A stretch of 63,991 nt of DNA, counting the filler, from Streblomastix strix (taxonomy: Eukaryota), in assembly GCA_008636045.1 (NCBI GenBank). It is 3 parts of 3 records of this genome, joined end to end, with 100 filler letters (N's around TTAATTAATTAA, not from the genome) between each part and the next. Parts side by side here need not be neighbours in the genome. Positions count along the whole stretch, not along the records: positions 22,292 to 44,466 come from SNRW01000336.1; 2 more parts are not named here. One strand, written 5' to 3'. The notes under the pieces were generated by a model. That model worked only from the letters and a program-made list of their open reading frames with translations, did no database searches and was not told the origin of the DNA. How positions within the stretch are numbered: position 1 is the stretch's first letter; every line of letters begins with the position of its first letter. Below are positions 27,646 through 44,566 of the stretch, one piece after another. The position numbers and the translations under genes are program-made.

Positions 27646-30600
27646 TCACAAAATGATACAACAAGAGTTGCTTATCTGCTGATTTGAAGATGTATTTACT
27701 GAATCATTTAAGGGCATTCCTCCAGCATATTCTTATTCTTATTAATATTCACTTTAATAATCATTAGATTATTTAAATCTCATTTCATCTTATAATAATT
27801 ATTCTTAATTCACTAAATTAGCTTCTTATTATTAATCTGAACTAATTTATTCCTACTCCTCTGATATACTCCATATACTATCTAATCCACCTTCTCTATT
27901 ACTACTATTTATAACGCTATCATTGTTATTCTGCTTCTAATTAATCCTTTTTACAGATTTCTTCTTTCTCAAAGATCTCACTTCAGTTTATTCCTTCTCT
28001 TAATCTTTATTATCAAGATCCTCTATTCCAATTTTATCTTTCTTTTCTTCATACTGTTTAGCATATTATTATTATTCATTCACATCCATTGAACGCAATG
28101 AATCTCCTTAAAATAAAATGATAGATGATAACTGGAGGTTATAATTCTATTCTATTTTAGATGTATCTTACTCTTATATCTTTGGAGTATTATTAGAAGC
28201 TATTGATAATGGATTAATGTTATGAGGTGATTATTAAGTACCAACTTAATGAGATGATTGAAGTGTATTTTATTATGCTTATATTGAATATGTAGAAGAA
28301 GAAGAAGTAGATGATGAAGAAGTAAATGCAGAAGACTACTTATATTTAGTCATTGGAGACATCTGATTAGATTGTGTAGTTGGACTGTGTTACAATGATT
28401 ATGAACTTGGTGATGTGGACTAATGAGATGAGAAACTGGTATTAAATGTTGATGATTGAGGCATATCACATATTTTAAACCTTATATTGGTTTCATTTGG
28501 ATGTTACTGGGGTTATTCTTACATTTCAGCTATTGTCTATAAGGCATCTTTTGAATCTTCTTATATAGCTGTCAATCCTTTATTTGAAGTGGTTTTTCGA
28601 TTTGCTTTAACAGTTATTCTCAGTTTCTCTTTATTATTAACTTCTTAGTTTTATTTATTCTCCTATTTAATTTAATCTTCTATTAATTATTTCCCTTGTT
28701 CTTTCTAAATATCTTAATCCTACACTTTTTCTTACATTTTCTATTTCTCCTAATTATTAATTTCTTTCTCATTTTCATTATTTTAATTATATTGATTTAG
28801 TTAGTTATTTAATTAGTGAGGAGATTATCCTTAATATTAATCTTAGTTAGTATTTTATTGTGTTTGTGTTTGTGATTGAGTCTGAAATGAAGGTGAAGTG
28901 GATTATCCATAATGAGTTGATTATAATGGAGTGTTACTTGTGCTTATTAAAGGACTAGATATGCTCATTTATGGACTAGCTATACTTGACATACCTTGCA
29001 TGAATGAACTATTATTATACCCTTTTTATATATCTAATATACTATTACTATTAAAATTAAAATTATTTCTCTAATCCTCATCCATCTTCACAAAATCCTA
29101 TGATTAATGAGAGTTCAATAAATTAGGAAGATTATCTTATGACATAAAATAAGGAAAGTTTGAGTAACATTACATCATTGACGTTGGAGTTGTAGTGTTA
29201 CTACTCTCTGGACCTTATCCTTTAATATCTTACATTAATGTGATTGGAGATACTTTAGGAGATAACTGAAGTGCAAGTTGAGCTTATTTCATCTTATGTT
29301 GAATGTCTTCATTTGTTGTCATCTGTGACTCAGAACTATATATTTATTATAGAGGTGAATATATCAATCTTTTATTATCATTGAAATCTGGTTATTATCC
29401 AAATTTATTCTATCTACTCTGGATTGAAGATAAAGGCGAGTTTTAAATAATTGGTAAAGGAGGTTTAAGATAATTAATTTAACTGATACTCTTCTTTATT
29501 GATTTAGTTGGGAATGCATTATTTTGAGGATTGGAAGGAAATAATTATGAAACATTGTCTTTGACTTTATTGTATTGTACAGTTTCTGAATTAGCTTTTA
29601 ACTACAATTAATCTACATCTTATTCATTAAATATATTATTATCGTCTATATTATACTATTAATCTTACATTCATATTCCTTATTTGATATTTGGTTGTTA
29701 TTGTTAGATGATCAATTCACCTCTACTGTCTATAATTGGAGATTTAGTGAGTATTTCATTCATTGTAATATTTGTCTATTAGTCATCATCATCATCATTA
29801 TCATCATATAATTATTATCGCTGAATTTATAACTATTTTAATTATTATTATTTTAATTATTATTATTACAGTAACTATTATTATATCTATTATTAATTAA
29901 ATTATTAATAATTATTATTATTTTGTTAAACTTAATTTGAATTTATCATTATTTAATCATTTTGATTAGATTTTAAGTCTTTAATTTCAAATTAACCCAC
30001 AGATTTACTTCGTTTCTACAATATATTAATTTATTTATTTTCTTATTAGTACTATTAATTCTCTTAGTCTTAATATTCATTGTATTGAGGTTTAAAGAGT
30101 AATTGTTTTTGTAGCTATTATTCTTTCTTCTGATGTTTATATTGGTTCCTGAATTTCTTTGTAAGTTCATCAACTAAAGCAATATTAGTCAATTCATAGT
30201 TAATTTAGCTTTGATTTGAACGAGACGAATCTTGAGTATTTTATTCCTGTAGCTTTGTATCTTTTATTCTTGTTTGCATCCAAGTAAGTTTTCTTAAATT
30301 ATTTAATTCTTCATCATCTTAACTACTTTACTATGAATAAGAACCTCTTCTTTATTATCCTAACTCAGATTATTGTTTTTTGAATTATAAACTCCTCTAA
30401 TGATTTAATTCAGATTCCCATTCAAATGGAGAATTTATATCAATTCCATTTCTCTATGCTGATTAATACATTAATGAAACGAGATGTGCATAATCTGGTT
30501 CATCAACATAGTCTAATGAAAATATATGGTCTTCAAATTCTTAGAACTCTTCAGGCATGTAGTGAAGAAGAAGACCCCCTTAATTTTCTAATTTAAGCAT

Positions 30601-31671
30601 TTCAATCTAATCCTAAGATTGGAAATGTAAATAAATAAATAAATAATTATATTAAGAAACAATAATAATGATTAGTGAAGGAAGAAAATAGATTAGAAAT
30701 ATGACATTTTTAATTTAAGAATAAATATTAATAAAAAATATTAAAAGTATATGAGTTAGAGATAAACAAATAAAGAAAGAAAAAGAGACAAAACAAACTT
30801 TATCAGTCGCATCATTCCAAGGCAATGTTCCTGTATAGTATTCAACAACCATATATAAAAGACTTATTAAGTCATCATGTCGACCAAGCTCCAATTTCTT
30901 GTGTGAATTTGGACTTGCATATCTCAATGTTCCTCTCAATTTTCCTTGTGTTGTAGGCTTTACTATTTTCCCACCAACAATTGGCATTCGTTTACAAAGT
31001 CCAAAATCAATCAGAAATATTGTACCTGCTGTATCTTTAGTATTTCCAATTACGAAGTTATCCTACAATAATATAAACATAATGTCAATTTATAATATCA
31101 GATGAATAACACACGGGTTTAACATCTCGATGAACAAATCCTGCTCGATGAAGTTCTTGAAGTGTTTAAATCGCTTATACACAAAATTTAAGAAGTTATA
31201 AAAGTGTGAGTTAATATGGTTTCTTTCTATTAACCAATTTACTATATATTATAATAATGTTATAAAAGGGGGTGTTATTTCAATAATTAATAAGAATATA
31301 TACATTATGGATGGCCCCAACAGTTGCATTGCTACAAATTTGTATCCATCGTGTGTGCCACACTAATAAAATTTGGCAAAATGTCTACTTCCTATTAGAA
31401 AAAATGATAAGAAAGGATTAATGAATCATTTAACTTAATTAAGCAAACCTGCCATTGCTTTCATTACAGCCACCTCATTGTTTTATAGCGAGAATTTGGG
31501 CATTTCTTTCTCAAACTTAATGGCTACCGGTCTAGGGATAGATCCATTTCCTCGGTAAAGAGCTGCAAAAATAGCACCATAAGTACCTGCACCAATTTAT
31601 TTAAGCAATGTGTATCGATCTTTTATCAAATCTCCGGATTTGAAAGGTACAATTGCTGCCCCATCAGCCAT
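27646..31671 (-). CDS. CK1-superfamily (tau-tubulin kinase-like) Ser/Thr kinase with a long Q/S/P-rich tail and C-terminal CCIIL
   Basis: Motifs IGAGTYGAIF, VAIKFE, MQLLGPS, HRDVKP|DNFVIG, LIDFGL, RGTLRYASPNSH...GRHDDLISLLY and LPW. Several short introns. Ends SCCIIL-TGA(27646-27648). Confidence 0.9.
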
Positions 31672-31902
31672 GGCTGAGTATATTCTTATTAATGAAATAA
31701 ATATATTGAAAAAATATATAAATATATAAAAAAATATCAATTTAATCTTGTTTTGCGTCTGTGTTCGTGGTTAATCGCAAATTAAATGAAAAATATTTGT
31801 TAGAAACAGAGATTCTGTCCAGGAATGTTAAGCCAGGTAAATATTAGAGAGATAAATTTACGATATATTATGTATGTTGCGTTGAGAATTTGGGTATGGA
31901 GT

Positions 31903-32403
31903 AAAACAATGTAATTAATGTATAAAATCAATTGCAAGATAATAAACTTCAATTAACAAATTTCTGTATGTTATGGTGGTAAATATAAAAATATTATATT
32001 CAAATTGCAGATATTGTCAATTATTTTGTAACAATTGTGATGAGATCTACTCGGTGAAATGGTTAAGCTCCAAATACTAAAACAATTGAATATTACTAAT
32101 CATACCTGAATATTTTTTCAAAGTAAACTACAAATATTTTCAGAAAATATTATTTATTTGTTTATTTCTCATATCAAACATATGAGTAACTCTTAGATAA
32201 CAGAAATATTTTTTATAAATGATTTTCTACCTTAATTATATTGTTACATTTTAAATACATACATTTTTTATGAATAATATAATATATTATAATATATTCT
32301 CCTAATAAATTATATTTATATTATTCAGTACCTAATAAATTATCATTGGAAAATATTTACAATAAAACAATAATAACACTCGCCACAGATAGTAATTTCA
32401 TTT
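31903..32403. mobile_element. MITE-like non-coding repeat, copy 1
   Basis: Core 31925-32220 aligns directly with 36890-37186. Arm 32220-32403 is the reverse complement of 36713-36895. Confidence 0.6.
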
Positions 32404-32617
32404 ATTATTTATTATTTTTATTGTTATATCACTATATAATTCACTTTACTCTAAAACAATTAAAACTAATAATTCGAAATATTAATAAATCAATATTAAT
32501 TCTATAAACACTAAACTTCTCTTTAATACTAATATTAAATTCTCACAAAACAATTTTCTATTAATATATGATGTACTATATATTATATATTTTCATTTAT
32601 ACTTCTTATTTGTTAAG

Positions 32618-33517
32618 ATGGATGCAACTAACCAAGATAGCGAGATAATAACATCTGATCTTGGCAAGTTGAGTTACTGGGAAGATGCATATCTGAAAGA
32701 GATAGAGAACTATTCTGACCATGGTGATACTGGTGAAGTTTGGTTTGGTGAAAATGTTCAGATGAAAGTCATTCATTACATCACTGATAGATATTCATCT
32801 AATAAGGAAATCAATATTTTAGATGTAGGAACTGGTAATGGAGCTTTATTGTTTGCTCTTGCTGAAGAAGGTTTCACAAATCTGAATGGATCTGATTTTT
32901 CTCCAACATCAATTGCCTTCTGTTAAAAATAGCAATAGGAATTTATTGAAAGAAATGAAGATAATTCAGACAACTATACGAATATTCATTTCTTTATTAA
33001 TGATTTTATACACGAAAATATTGTTGATATTCATTCTGAGAAATAATTTGATGTATGAATATATTTATTTTGATTTTTAATTACTCTTTTTCATTTATTT
33101 GATTCAGATTGTGCATGACAAGGGTACGTTTGATGCCATCTTGTTACATCCAGATTATCAAATACATCCTGATTTATATTACTATTGTATCAGAATTTTC
33201 TATTATTTCTTTTTTCTATTTTTATTTTATTTTATTCCCATTCTAATCCACTTCTTTTCTAATTCTTAGAGCTTCTAAAGTGTCTTGCACCAAATGGAAT
33301 ATTTATAATCACATCCTGCAACAACACAGAAGCTGAGCTTATTAAATATTTTGTAAGAGACAAACCTAAAATTAATTAAGAATTAATTGAAGAGAGAGAT
33401 AATTAAAATATTGGGCATCTTATATTCTCAGGAAGAATACCTCACAGATAATTATCATTTGGTGGTTCAGAAGGAAGTACTGTCACAACAATAATTTTCA
33501 AAAAAGAAACAAATTGA
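32618..33517 (+). CDS. EFM4: eEF1A lysine methyltransferase (Efm4/METTL10/EEF1AKMT2)
   Basis: SDLGKLSYWEDAY..E...DHGDTGEVWFGE, LDVGTGNGALL, VHDKGTFDAI, FIITSCNNTEAEL and FGGSEGSTVT. Two introns. TGA at 33515-33517. Confidence 0.92.
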
Positions 33518-33628
33518 CAATTTTTATTAAAGTAGCAAATTTTTGTTTTCTTTTTTATTTTTTCTACATGTTTATAATAAAGAGTTCTTACATATAATTT
33601 ATGCAATATATATTTATTACAATTATAT

Positions 33629-36578
33629 TCATACAAAATTCTAATAATTAAACAGTTGTTTTGAAATGAGTGAATTAAATGTCTATCTTGCTGAAGAAGA
33701 TTGAATTGAATTAGGTTAAGCAGAAGGTGGATCAGGAATTGGAGGAATGAATGAAGTATAAGTATGTGTATGTGAATTGAGTAATTTATCTTCACTTGTA
33801 TTTGTTGAATTAGAATTATATGATGGAGTAATAGAATGAAATGTATTATTAATTGAATGATTCTATTTATAATTATAATTAATTGGAGGAGGAGGAGGAA
33901 TGGGAGGTAATAATAAAGATGAATGTTATGTATTCTGATTAGGAATAGATATATAGGTCCTTTGTGAATCTAAATTAAGTAATGGAATATTAACTTATTA
34001 GTCAGTATTTCTTTTGATATCATAATTTGCTTATCGCTCTTTCTATTACAATTTTTCATCTTTCTTCTCTTTCTCAAATATAGAATGATTATATTAAGGA
34101 GATGTTGCAGGAGGTGAAATTAATTCTTTCTTTCTTTCATTCTATTCATCAACCCTGCCTTCTTTTAACATCTATACAAGCTCATCGAATCTTTTCTTCT
34201 TAATTCCAATAGTTGGTGGGGGTATTTACTATTCTTAATTCTATTACTGGGGTTATTAATATATGTACTATGGTTACGGTTATAATAAATTCTATTATTA
34301 TGGAAAAGGGATTATTTATGAAATGGAAGAAGATCTTGCACTGCTTGAATTATCATCATTTTCACTATTTTACTTATTTTTATCAAATTAAGCATCAAAA
34401 TTATGATTAAATAGTAAACTATTATCTTTTTCTATTATTTTCTGCCTTTACTGTATTTGAGGATAATTTTGAAATGATTAATTTATAGGTTGAATAATAG
34501 AATTTATTGTATTATCAGTTTAATGTGATGAATGATGATTAGAAATAGGAATAGGGGAATTTAAAGGATTATTTTAGTGTGATTTAGAATGTTGATGATT
34601 ATCTGAATTATGAGATGTATTATGTTATGAATATTAATGATTATATTAATGTTAATTATGATGATGTGAATGAGACGAAGAATGATGTTCAGTTTCTGGT
34701 GAATATTATTCAGATGGAGAAGGATTATTATATGAATGTGAGGATGATGTATTAATTGCATTTCTGGGGGATGTAATATATTTAATCTGTTAATTATCTT
34801 ATTTCTCTCCTTATCTCAATGTTCTTATTCTTTCTGCTAAATCCTATCTTAATTAATTATTATTATATTCTTTAATTTATTATCCTATTTATTATCCTAT
34901 TTATTTATTTATGATTGAGCTTCCTTATTATTAATGTTTTTAGTTAATATTCTCCTAACTTTCATATTATCTTTCAATTTATTAATCATTTCTCTTCTCT
35001 TTTATTTTCATATCTCAAATCCTCCTCTTCTTTTCTATACTCCCAATTGGTGTTCCATTCAGACCTCCTATTCTTATCATAGTTTCATCTTTAGTGAAGT
35101 ATTATTTATTGTTATTCATTATTTGATCATTAAATTGCATTTATTTCTACATTTCTAAATTTGTATTTTATTCAATCATTGAAGTATTCTACTATTATTC
35201 ATTCCTTCTTTCTGTATTAATTCTATTCTTATTAATTAACTAATTTCTATTCAGCTAATAATCAGAATTATATAAATTTTGTTCATTGTTTGTAATATCT
35301 TTATAATTATTAGAATATATTAAACTTCTTGATTGTATTGGAGTATTATTCTTAACTTATTCTATTAAATTATCAAAATTTTACTTTTATTTCACTACTT
35401 GTGTTAATTTTTATTATACTTATTTTTTCAACTATTAATTTGCAATATCTTTATCTTATTCAATTAGTTAATGATGATCTTCTTTTCCAATAATATGTTT
35501 TAATGAAGGGTTCAAATATATTTCCTATTCATCATCATCATCATCATCATCTTCTTCTTCTTCTTTATCTTATTCTTCTTCACTATTATCATATGGATAT
35601 ATTGTAGCTTTAGTCTTATTCATTTTCTTCTTTATGTTATTCTAATATCCTATTTGTTAATTATTTAATGTATCTCTCTTTATTAATAAGATATTATCTA
35701 CACTTATGTTATTCATTTTATTTTTCTAATTTATATTCTTATTCTTTTTCTTGTTTGAATCTTTTTCACGTTCATTGAAAAAATTCCAATTTTCATTATC
35801 TTTGAATTAATAATAATCATTCAATCCTTAATTATCATCTTATTCAATAAATCTCACACTCATATCTTTCTAACCAAATGGAATATATGATTTATCATTA
35901 GGAAGCTAAAGTTAACTTTTCTATTATTAAATGTTAAATAATGAATGGTTGCTTAATATTGATTAATTTCCTTATTTTTGTGAATTTCTATTAATAAATG
36001 AAATAAATAAAAGAAAATAAATAAATAAATAAATAAATAAATAAATACCTCATTGTCCATTCTTATTCCTTCTATTATAACCAATCATGATGTTATTTAA
36101 CTGGAGTTAGAATTGTTTATGTATTTGCTTATTAATCTTCTAATATACTAAAATCAAGATCTTTAAGTGATGCTTATGGAATATGTTTCTTCTTTTTCTT
36201 CTTCTTTTTATTCTTTTAAGTGTTGTTTTAATCTTTCCTTTTGAATATCTCTCTTCCTTAACTCAAGCTTCATCCAATTTATGAATTATGATAATCATCT
36301 TTATCAATCATAGATATGTTAACATTGCTGTATTTGTCTGGATTTCTTCTAAGTGTGTCACTAATTAATCTTTTTCGTTTCTTTTCACTTTAAACTGCTT
36401 GAGTAAGTGTTGATCTTGGAAGAAATGGAGAGAAAAGACTTTATGATTCAAATGATGGTTCGTGTTCAACATGACGTATTGGTGTGCTTCGAAGAATAGG
36501 CTAAATTACAAATTTAACAGGTGCTGTAGTATCTACATGCTAGGTCCAGATGTTTTTGTAAGGGGTTTCAGTGAACAT
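33629..36578 (-). CDS. Hypothetical low-complexity, coiled-coil protein with one intron (~35990-36047)
   Basis: ATG at 36578 (MFTETPYKNIWTQHV...). Q/E/N/P-rich frame ending QNFV-TGA at 33629. No recognisable domain. Confidence 0.6.
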
Positions 36579-36712
36579 CTGAATAAATATAAAAGAAATG
36601 TTTAGAGTTTATAGAATTATTATTGATTTATTCATATTTCGATTTATTAGTTTTAATTGTTTTAGATTAAAGTGAATTATATAGTGATATAACAATAGAA
36701 ATAATAAATATT

Positions 36713-37245
36713 AAATGAAATTATTATCTGTGGCGAGTGTTATTATTGTTTTATTGAAAATATTTTCCAAAGTTAATTTTTTAGGTATAGAATAATATAA
36801 ATGTAATTTGTTAGGTGAATATATTGTAATTTATTATATTATTCATAAAAAATGTATGTATTTAAATTGTAACAATATAATTAAGGTAGAAAATCAAATG
36901 CAAGATAATAAACTTCAATTAATAACATCCTGTATGCTATGATTTGTAAATATAAAGATATTATATTAAAATGGTGGATATTGTCAATTATTTCATTTAA
37001 AACTTGACGAACTGTGCTCTGTGAAATGGTTGACTTCAAAATACTGAAATAATTGAACTTCACTAATCATATCTGGATATCTTTTTAAAACTAACTACAA
37101 ATATTTTCAGTTAATATTATTTAATTATTGATTTCTCATAACATACATTCTTTTCGCTCTTAGATATATGAATTATTTTTGTAAACGATTTTACTCCTTA
37201 ATTATATTATTAAATTTTAGATATATGAAATTTTTATAAATAATG
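36713..37245. mobile_element. MITE-like non-coding repeat, copy 2 (inverted arm - core - degenerate arm)
   Basis: Left arm ...aacaatataattaaggtagaaaatc is mirrored by gattttactccttaattatattat at ~37187-37210. Core is shared with copy 1. Confidence 0.6.
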
Positions 37246-37356
37246 TAATAAATTACACTTTTTATTTCACTCAAAGCAATAAAATAAATAAATAAATATA
37301 TATATATAAATAAATAGATATATATATAAATAAATAGATAAAATACGAGTAAAAAG

Positions 37357-39646
<2,290 letters not shown>

Positions 39647-40249
39647 AGTTGTTATACCGCGTTCAAAATTTGCAAAAAATCTACACAACATTACCCAAAT
39701 TCTTACTGCATTTTGTTTTTTTTGCTGTTTGCTTAGGAGACTTAGTGGCAAATTAATATTTTTCCATATTCATTTATTATTTTTATACTTAAATAATAAA
39801 ATTTTATATGATAAAACTAAAGCAGAATGACTTTGTAAAATTTTCCAATTTTTTTTGTTAGTTAATTTACAAAAAATTATAATAATTAACTATATAATAA
39901 TTGTATTATATTCTTAGTATATGCCATAAACTAATACACACACTAAATCTAACCAGCCATCATTTCAATTTTTCCTCCCATATCCTAGCGAAAATTAGCC
40001 ATTTGTATGGTTGTCCAACATATTCAATTAAATTATCAATAAATTTACTAATATTTTTACATTTAATTATGAATTGCACCTGTGATGCAAAATAAAATAT
40101 TAAATCGCTATACGCCATATATTGTGGTTTACTGATTGAATTTAACATCTCAAATAAACTAAACAATTTATTTACATATATTTGGAAATATATATCATTA
40201 TTTTATACCAAATTCACTGAATTTTTTTATTTTTCTTCTCAGAAGATTA

Positions 40250-43200
40250 ATGACAAAGATTCCAGCAGTGAAAGCTAGACCAACGGCTCATAATGCTGTT
40301 CTTTTTATCCCAGGTATATTATATTTTGTTTATTTTATTGTTTTGAGTTATTATTTTATCTTATCCATTAATTTATTTGCCTTTTCAGGACTTGGTGGAA
40401 GTATTTTATATGTTCAAAATGAGAAGACTAACGAGGAGGAATTATTGTGGCCTCGAGTGGTGAATTCCCGCCAAGCTATGATCAAATATGGATTTGGGAG
40501 GTTTATCATTGTGAATAGTTTTGAAAATAAAAAAAATTCTTATTCTGAAATATTAAGATTGAATCCAGAAACTTGGGAATATGAACCTTATTGTGATGGA
40601 ATAAAAGTTTTTGCACCATAAGTCGATTCAGGTCTATGGGCTTAGGATTATCTTATTTATTAACTTCCATTGCCACACGATTTTCGGTATATATTAATAA
40701 ATATTATTCATATACACATTATTCTTATTTTATTTTATATGTATAGAGCATACTTTCATGACATAATAAAGCTATTAAAAAGCAATGGTTATGTAAGTGG
40801 AGTGTCACTTTTTGGGTAATTTAATCATTTATATATAATTTATTATTTATTTATTAATTATTACACTCTTAATTATTATTATTAGATTCCCATACGATTG
40901 GCGATAATTGATATCAATTCCATAAGTTTAAGCAAAACTCCTTAATCGAGTGAAATAAGCATATGAATCATCAGGATTTAGGAAGATTGATGTCATTTCA
41001 CATAGTCTGGGTGGATTAATATTTCGATTCTTCTGCATATTATACCCAGAAGCTGTTAGAACCTATGTAAGAAGGTGGATTTGTGTTGCATGTCCTTTTA
41101 ATGGAAGTTCTCGAACCCTTTAAGCACTGACAGTGGGATATAACAATGGATTACCTGACTTTGTAGCTGATGCACATGTATTTACTCTTCATTTATTTAG
41201 TTTTTATCTTATCTATATATATTCTTAATTAGGTATTTTAAACGATGCAACTTACCATGCCATTAACATTCATATTTTTTGCTGGATCATAATTTCCATT
41301 TTCCCCGAAATTAGGAGTGAAGTTTTGTGGAGCTGATAAAATCAGATGGTTTGGAACACATTTAGATGAAGATGGAAAATGTTGGGATTATGACAGTCTT
41401 CATGTTTTAGGAATAAAAGATAAATAATCTGATAAATAGACATGTGAAGATGAAGAAGATGATGAAGATAGTTTGTTAGAAGGAATAAATTCAGGGAAAA
41501 TTAAAATAAACAAATTTATTCTTGATAAAACAGTATTCAGCAAAGAAGCATTAAATAGATTTCGTATGAGAAGAGAAAAAGAAAGAGTAGAAAGAGAATC
41601 AAATAAAACCAATTTGAATGAGAAAGATATGTAATAAGGTCATATTGATATAGATCGTGAATATGAGAAAACAGAATTATTCTATTATCATTGTGAATGT
41701 GGAAGTAGTTTATTAGCTAATTCTCCTTTATTAACGCATTCATCTCAAACTAATTCTCCTTCTCAATTCATAAACCTTAATCAATCTCCAATGCATGTTA
41801 GTCACATATAAAAGAATCCTTCATTCTCATCATCAGATATTTCATTATAATAATCAGCATCACCATCATTATCTATTTAATCTCCTTCATTATCAATTCA
41901 TTAATTATCTTCTCCTTCATTATCAATTCAATCTCTATCTTCTCCTTCTCTTTCATCAACTCCACATTCAGAATGAGACATATAAAGATCAAATAATAAT
42001 TCCTAATCTCCTCCAATATCTGTTAATACTCAATTTAGCAGATTCTCTCATTCTTTCTTATCAAACAGAGCTAATCCTTATTTCTCTCCTACATATCCAT
42101 CTGAAACTGAATAAGAAAAGATTATGTTGGAAGAATTGTATTAAAAGAGAAGAATGAAGAAAGAATAAAAGAAAAAATCATCTGAATAATAAAATGAATA
42201 GAAAGAAAAGTAAAAATTGTTTACTTATGAATCCTAATAATTGGAAAATAACATTTTGTTGAAACAGCAAGATCTTTAGAAATAATAAGAATAAATAAAA
42301 CAGAATGAACCAGTTTTATAAGAAAATGAAATGAAATATTAAAATCCATTTAATGAATTAGTTGCAAGTGTTTCATTTCCTGCCATTCCTCCATTTCCAA
42401 TTCATGATACAAATCCACTTGAAATATTTTAATAATAAGAAAAGTCAAATCCAGATGTTAAATAAGAATAAAATAAAATAAAAGAAGAAGATCAAAATTA
42501 ATAATTATAAATGTCAGATTCAGAAAGTAGTATATCATATACAAGAATAACCTAACAGCAACAATTGAGTTATTTGATTCATCCAATATTTCAACCTAAT
42601 CCACTTAATTTATATTTTAGACCTGGATATCCTCCTCCTGGAATTGATTAGAGTGTTTATTATTGTTAATAAAGAGATAAATAAATGAATTAAACTGATA
42701 CTGAACAGAATGATAATAGTTCTTATGATATCAAACAAACTACTTCTCTTTAATGTCAGCACAGTCCAAGTATGTTGAGGGTATAATCAGTATCTGAATA
42801 ATAATCTTATTAATCATCTGTTGCTCCTTATACAATTCTTCATACTTTGGATACCTAACACTAATTCAATAAGATTAATCTTCTTCCATTTTATAATATT
42901 AATGACTTGTAATATATCATGATACAAAAAACTGAACATATTAAAAATTCATGTTGGAATTTAAAGAATTAAGAATAATTTGATTAATTAGAAGATAATA
43001 ATAATAATAATGATAATAATAATAAGAATGAAAATAAAGATATTGATTTGATAACCTGTTTCCCTGGATTCTCATTAACCAATAAATTTTCATTCAATGG
43101 AATGAAAATCAATTCATTTACTGATTTATAATAATAATTATTAAGTGGAACTGAAAATGTTGGTAATTTTACACTTGTAGATTCGAGACTTGTCCATCCA

Positions 43201-43997
43201 AGCCATAATTAAGAAGATTTGTTCACATTCTTACGAGAGAGGCATGGAATGGCACCAATTAATGAACTGAAATCTTCATATGAATAAGAAAAGAAAGAAA
43301 AAGAAAATAAATAATAGTTAAAAGATGAAGAAAAAGAAAAAATAAAAACAAAATAAGAAAACAATAAAGAAAAGAAATGTGATATTGATATTGATTCAGT
43401 TGCGCCTTTCAAAGGAAAATATCTTTGGGGAAATCCATCTTTGGAAGAATTGAGGAAACACGTGAATGATTTATAGAATAAAGAAATAACACTTCCTTCT
43501 CAGGATCAGTTTGAATTTATAAACATTTATGGTTTGTAAATAATGAATTAAGTAAATATTTTATTTTATTTATTATATTTTATTTTATTTATTATATTTA
43601 CCTCTATTTATTATCATATTAATATAATTTATATTCAGGCACTGGACATGCGACCATTTGGGATATGGTTGTTCTTGATGAATGTGGGATTGTAGATAAA
43701 CCTATGCATATTGAGTCACCATGGAATGTAACAGATGATAATTGTAAGTCTCCAATATGGAGTATTATTGATGGAGATGGCAGTGTTCCTTCTTTAAGCG
43801 CTGCTAATGATCTATTAGATGCTGCAGCTCGCTTTGAGATCAGAAATATTGGACATTTAGAGATTCTTTTTGATAATAGACTATTACTCCTAATATCTTG
43901 CATTATGGGACTAAATGTTCTGCCTGAAGAGCGGAAGGAGTGGAAATAAGAATGGTTGGATGATTTATGGGGAGTATTGAATGATAAAGAGATTTGA
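40250..43997 (+). CDS. LCAT/phospholipase A-like alpha/beta hydrolase with a large low-complexity insertion
   Basis: VLFIPG|LGGSIL, YFHDII...GY..G.SLFG|FPYDWR, nucleophile elbow VISHSLGG, VACPFNGS, then distal DGDGSVPSLSA and IGHLEIL. TGA at 43995-43997. Confidence 0.88.
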
Positions 43998-44466
43998 GGG
44001 AGTATTTCTTATTTATTTATGTATATATATTTATTATTTTATCTCTGCTTACCTTTACAACTGTGGTAAATTTCAACATCTTATATTATTTTGTGAATTC
44101 ATTTGTGATTTTTCTAATCTATATCTAATTCTGTTTTAGTTTTTTTTGAGTTGAATGTCAATACAAACCAGCTCATATAAAATGATATATTACGATTAAT
44201 AGATTAATAAATATTCTCTTATCCTTCAAAAATTGATTTGGTTTTGGAACATTTTCTCCGCAACCTGAATGTAAAATTCTTTACAAATTTCTTAAAATAT
44301 TTAAAAACAAAATACATTACAGAAAGAACAAGTTTACAAATCTCATAAATAACCTCTAACGATCGAATCAAACTTTGAATGTTCTTGAGATCCAATCTTA
44401 AAATAATAATAAAATTCATAATTAATGTTATTTTTACTAATATGCTGTTAAATATTCTGAATAAAT

Positions 44467-44566
44467 NNNNNNNNNNNNNNNNNNNNNNNNNNNNNNNNNN
44501 NNNNNNNNNNTTAATTAATTAANNNNNNNNNNNNNNNNNNNNNNNNNNNNNNNNNNNNNNNNNNNN
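44467..44566. other. Artificial contig linker (N-TTAATTAATTAA-N)
   Basis: Same linker design as at 22192-22291. Confidence 0.9.
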
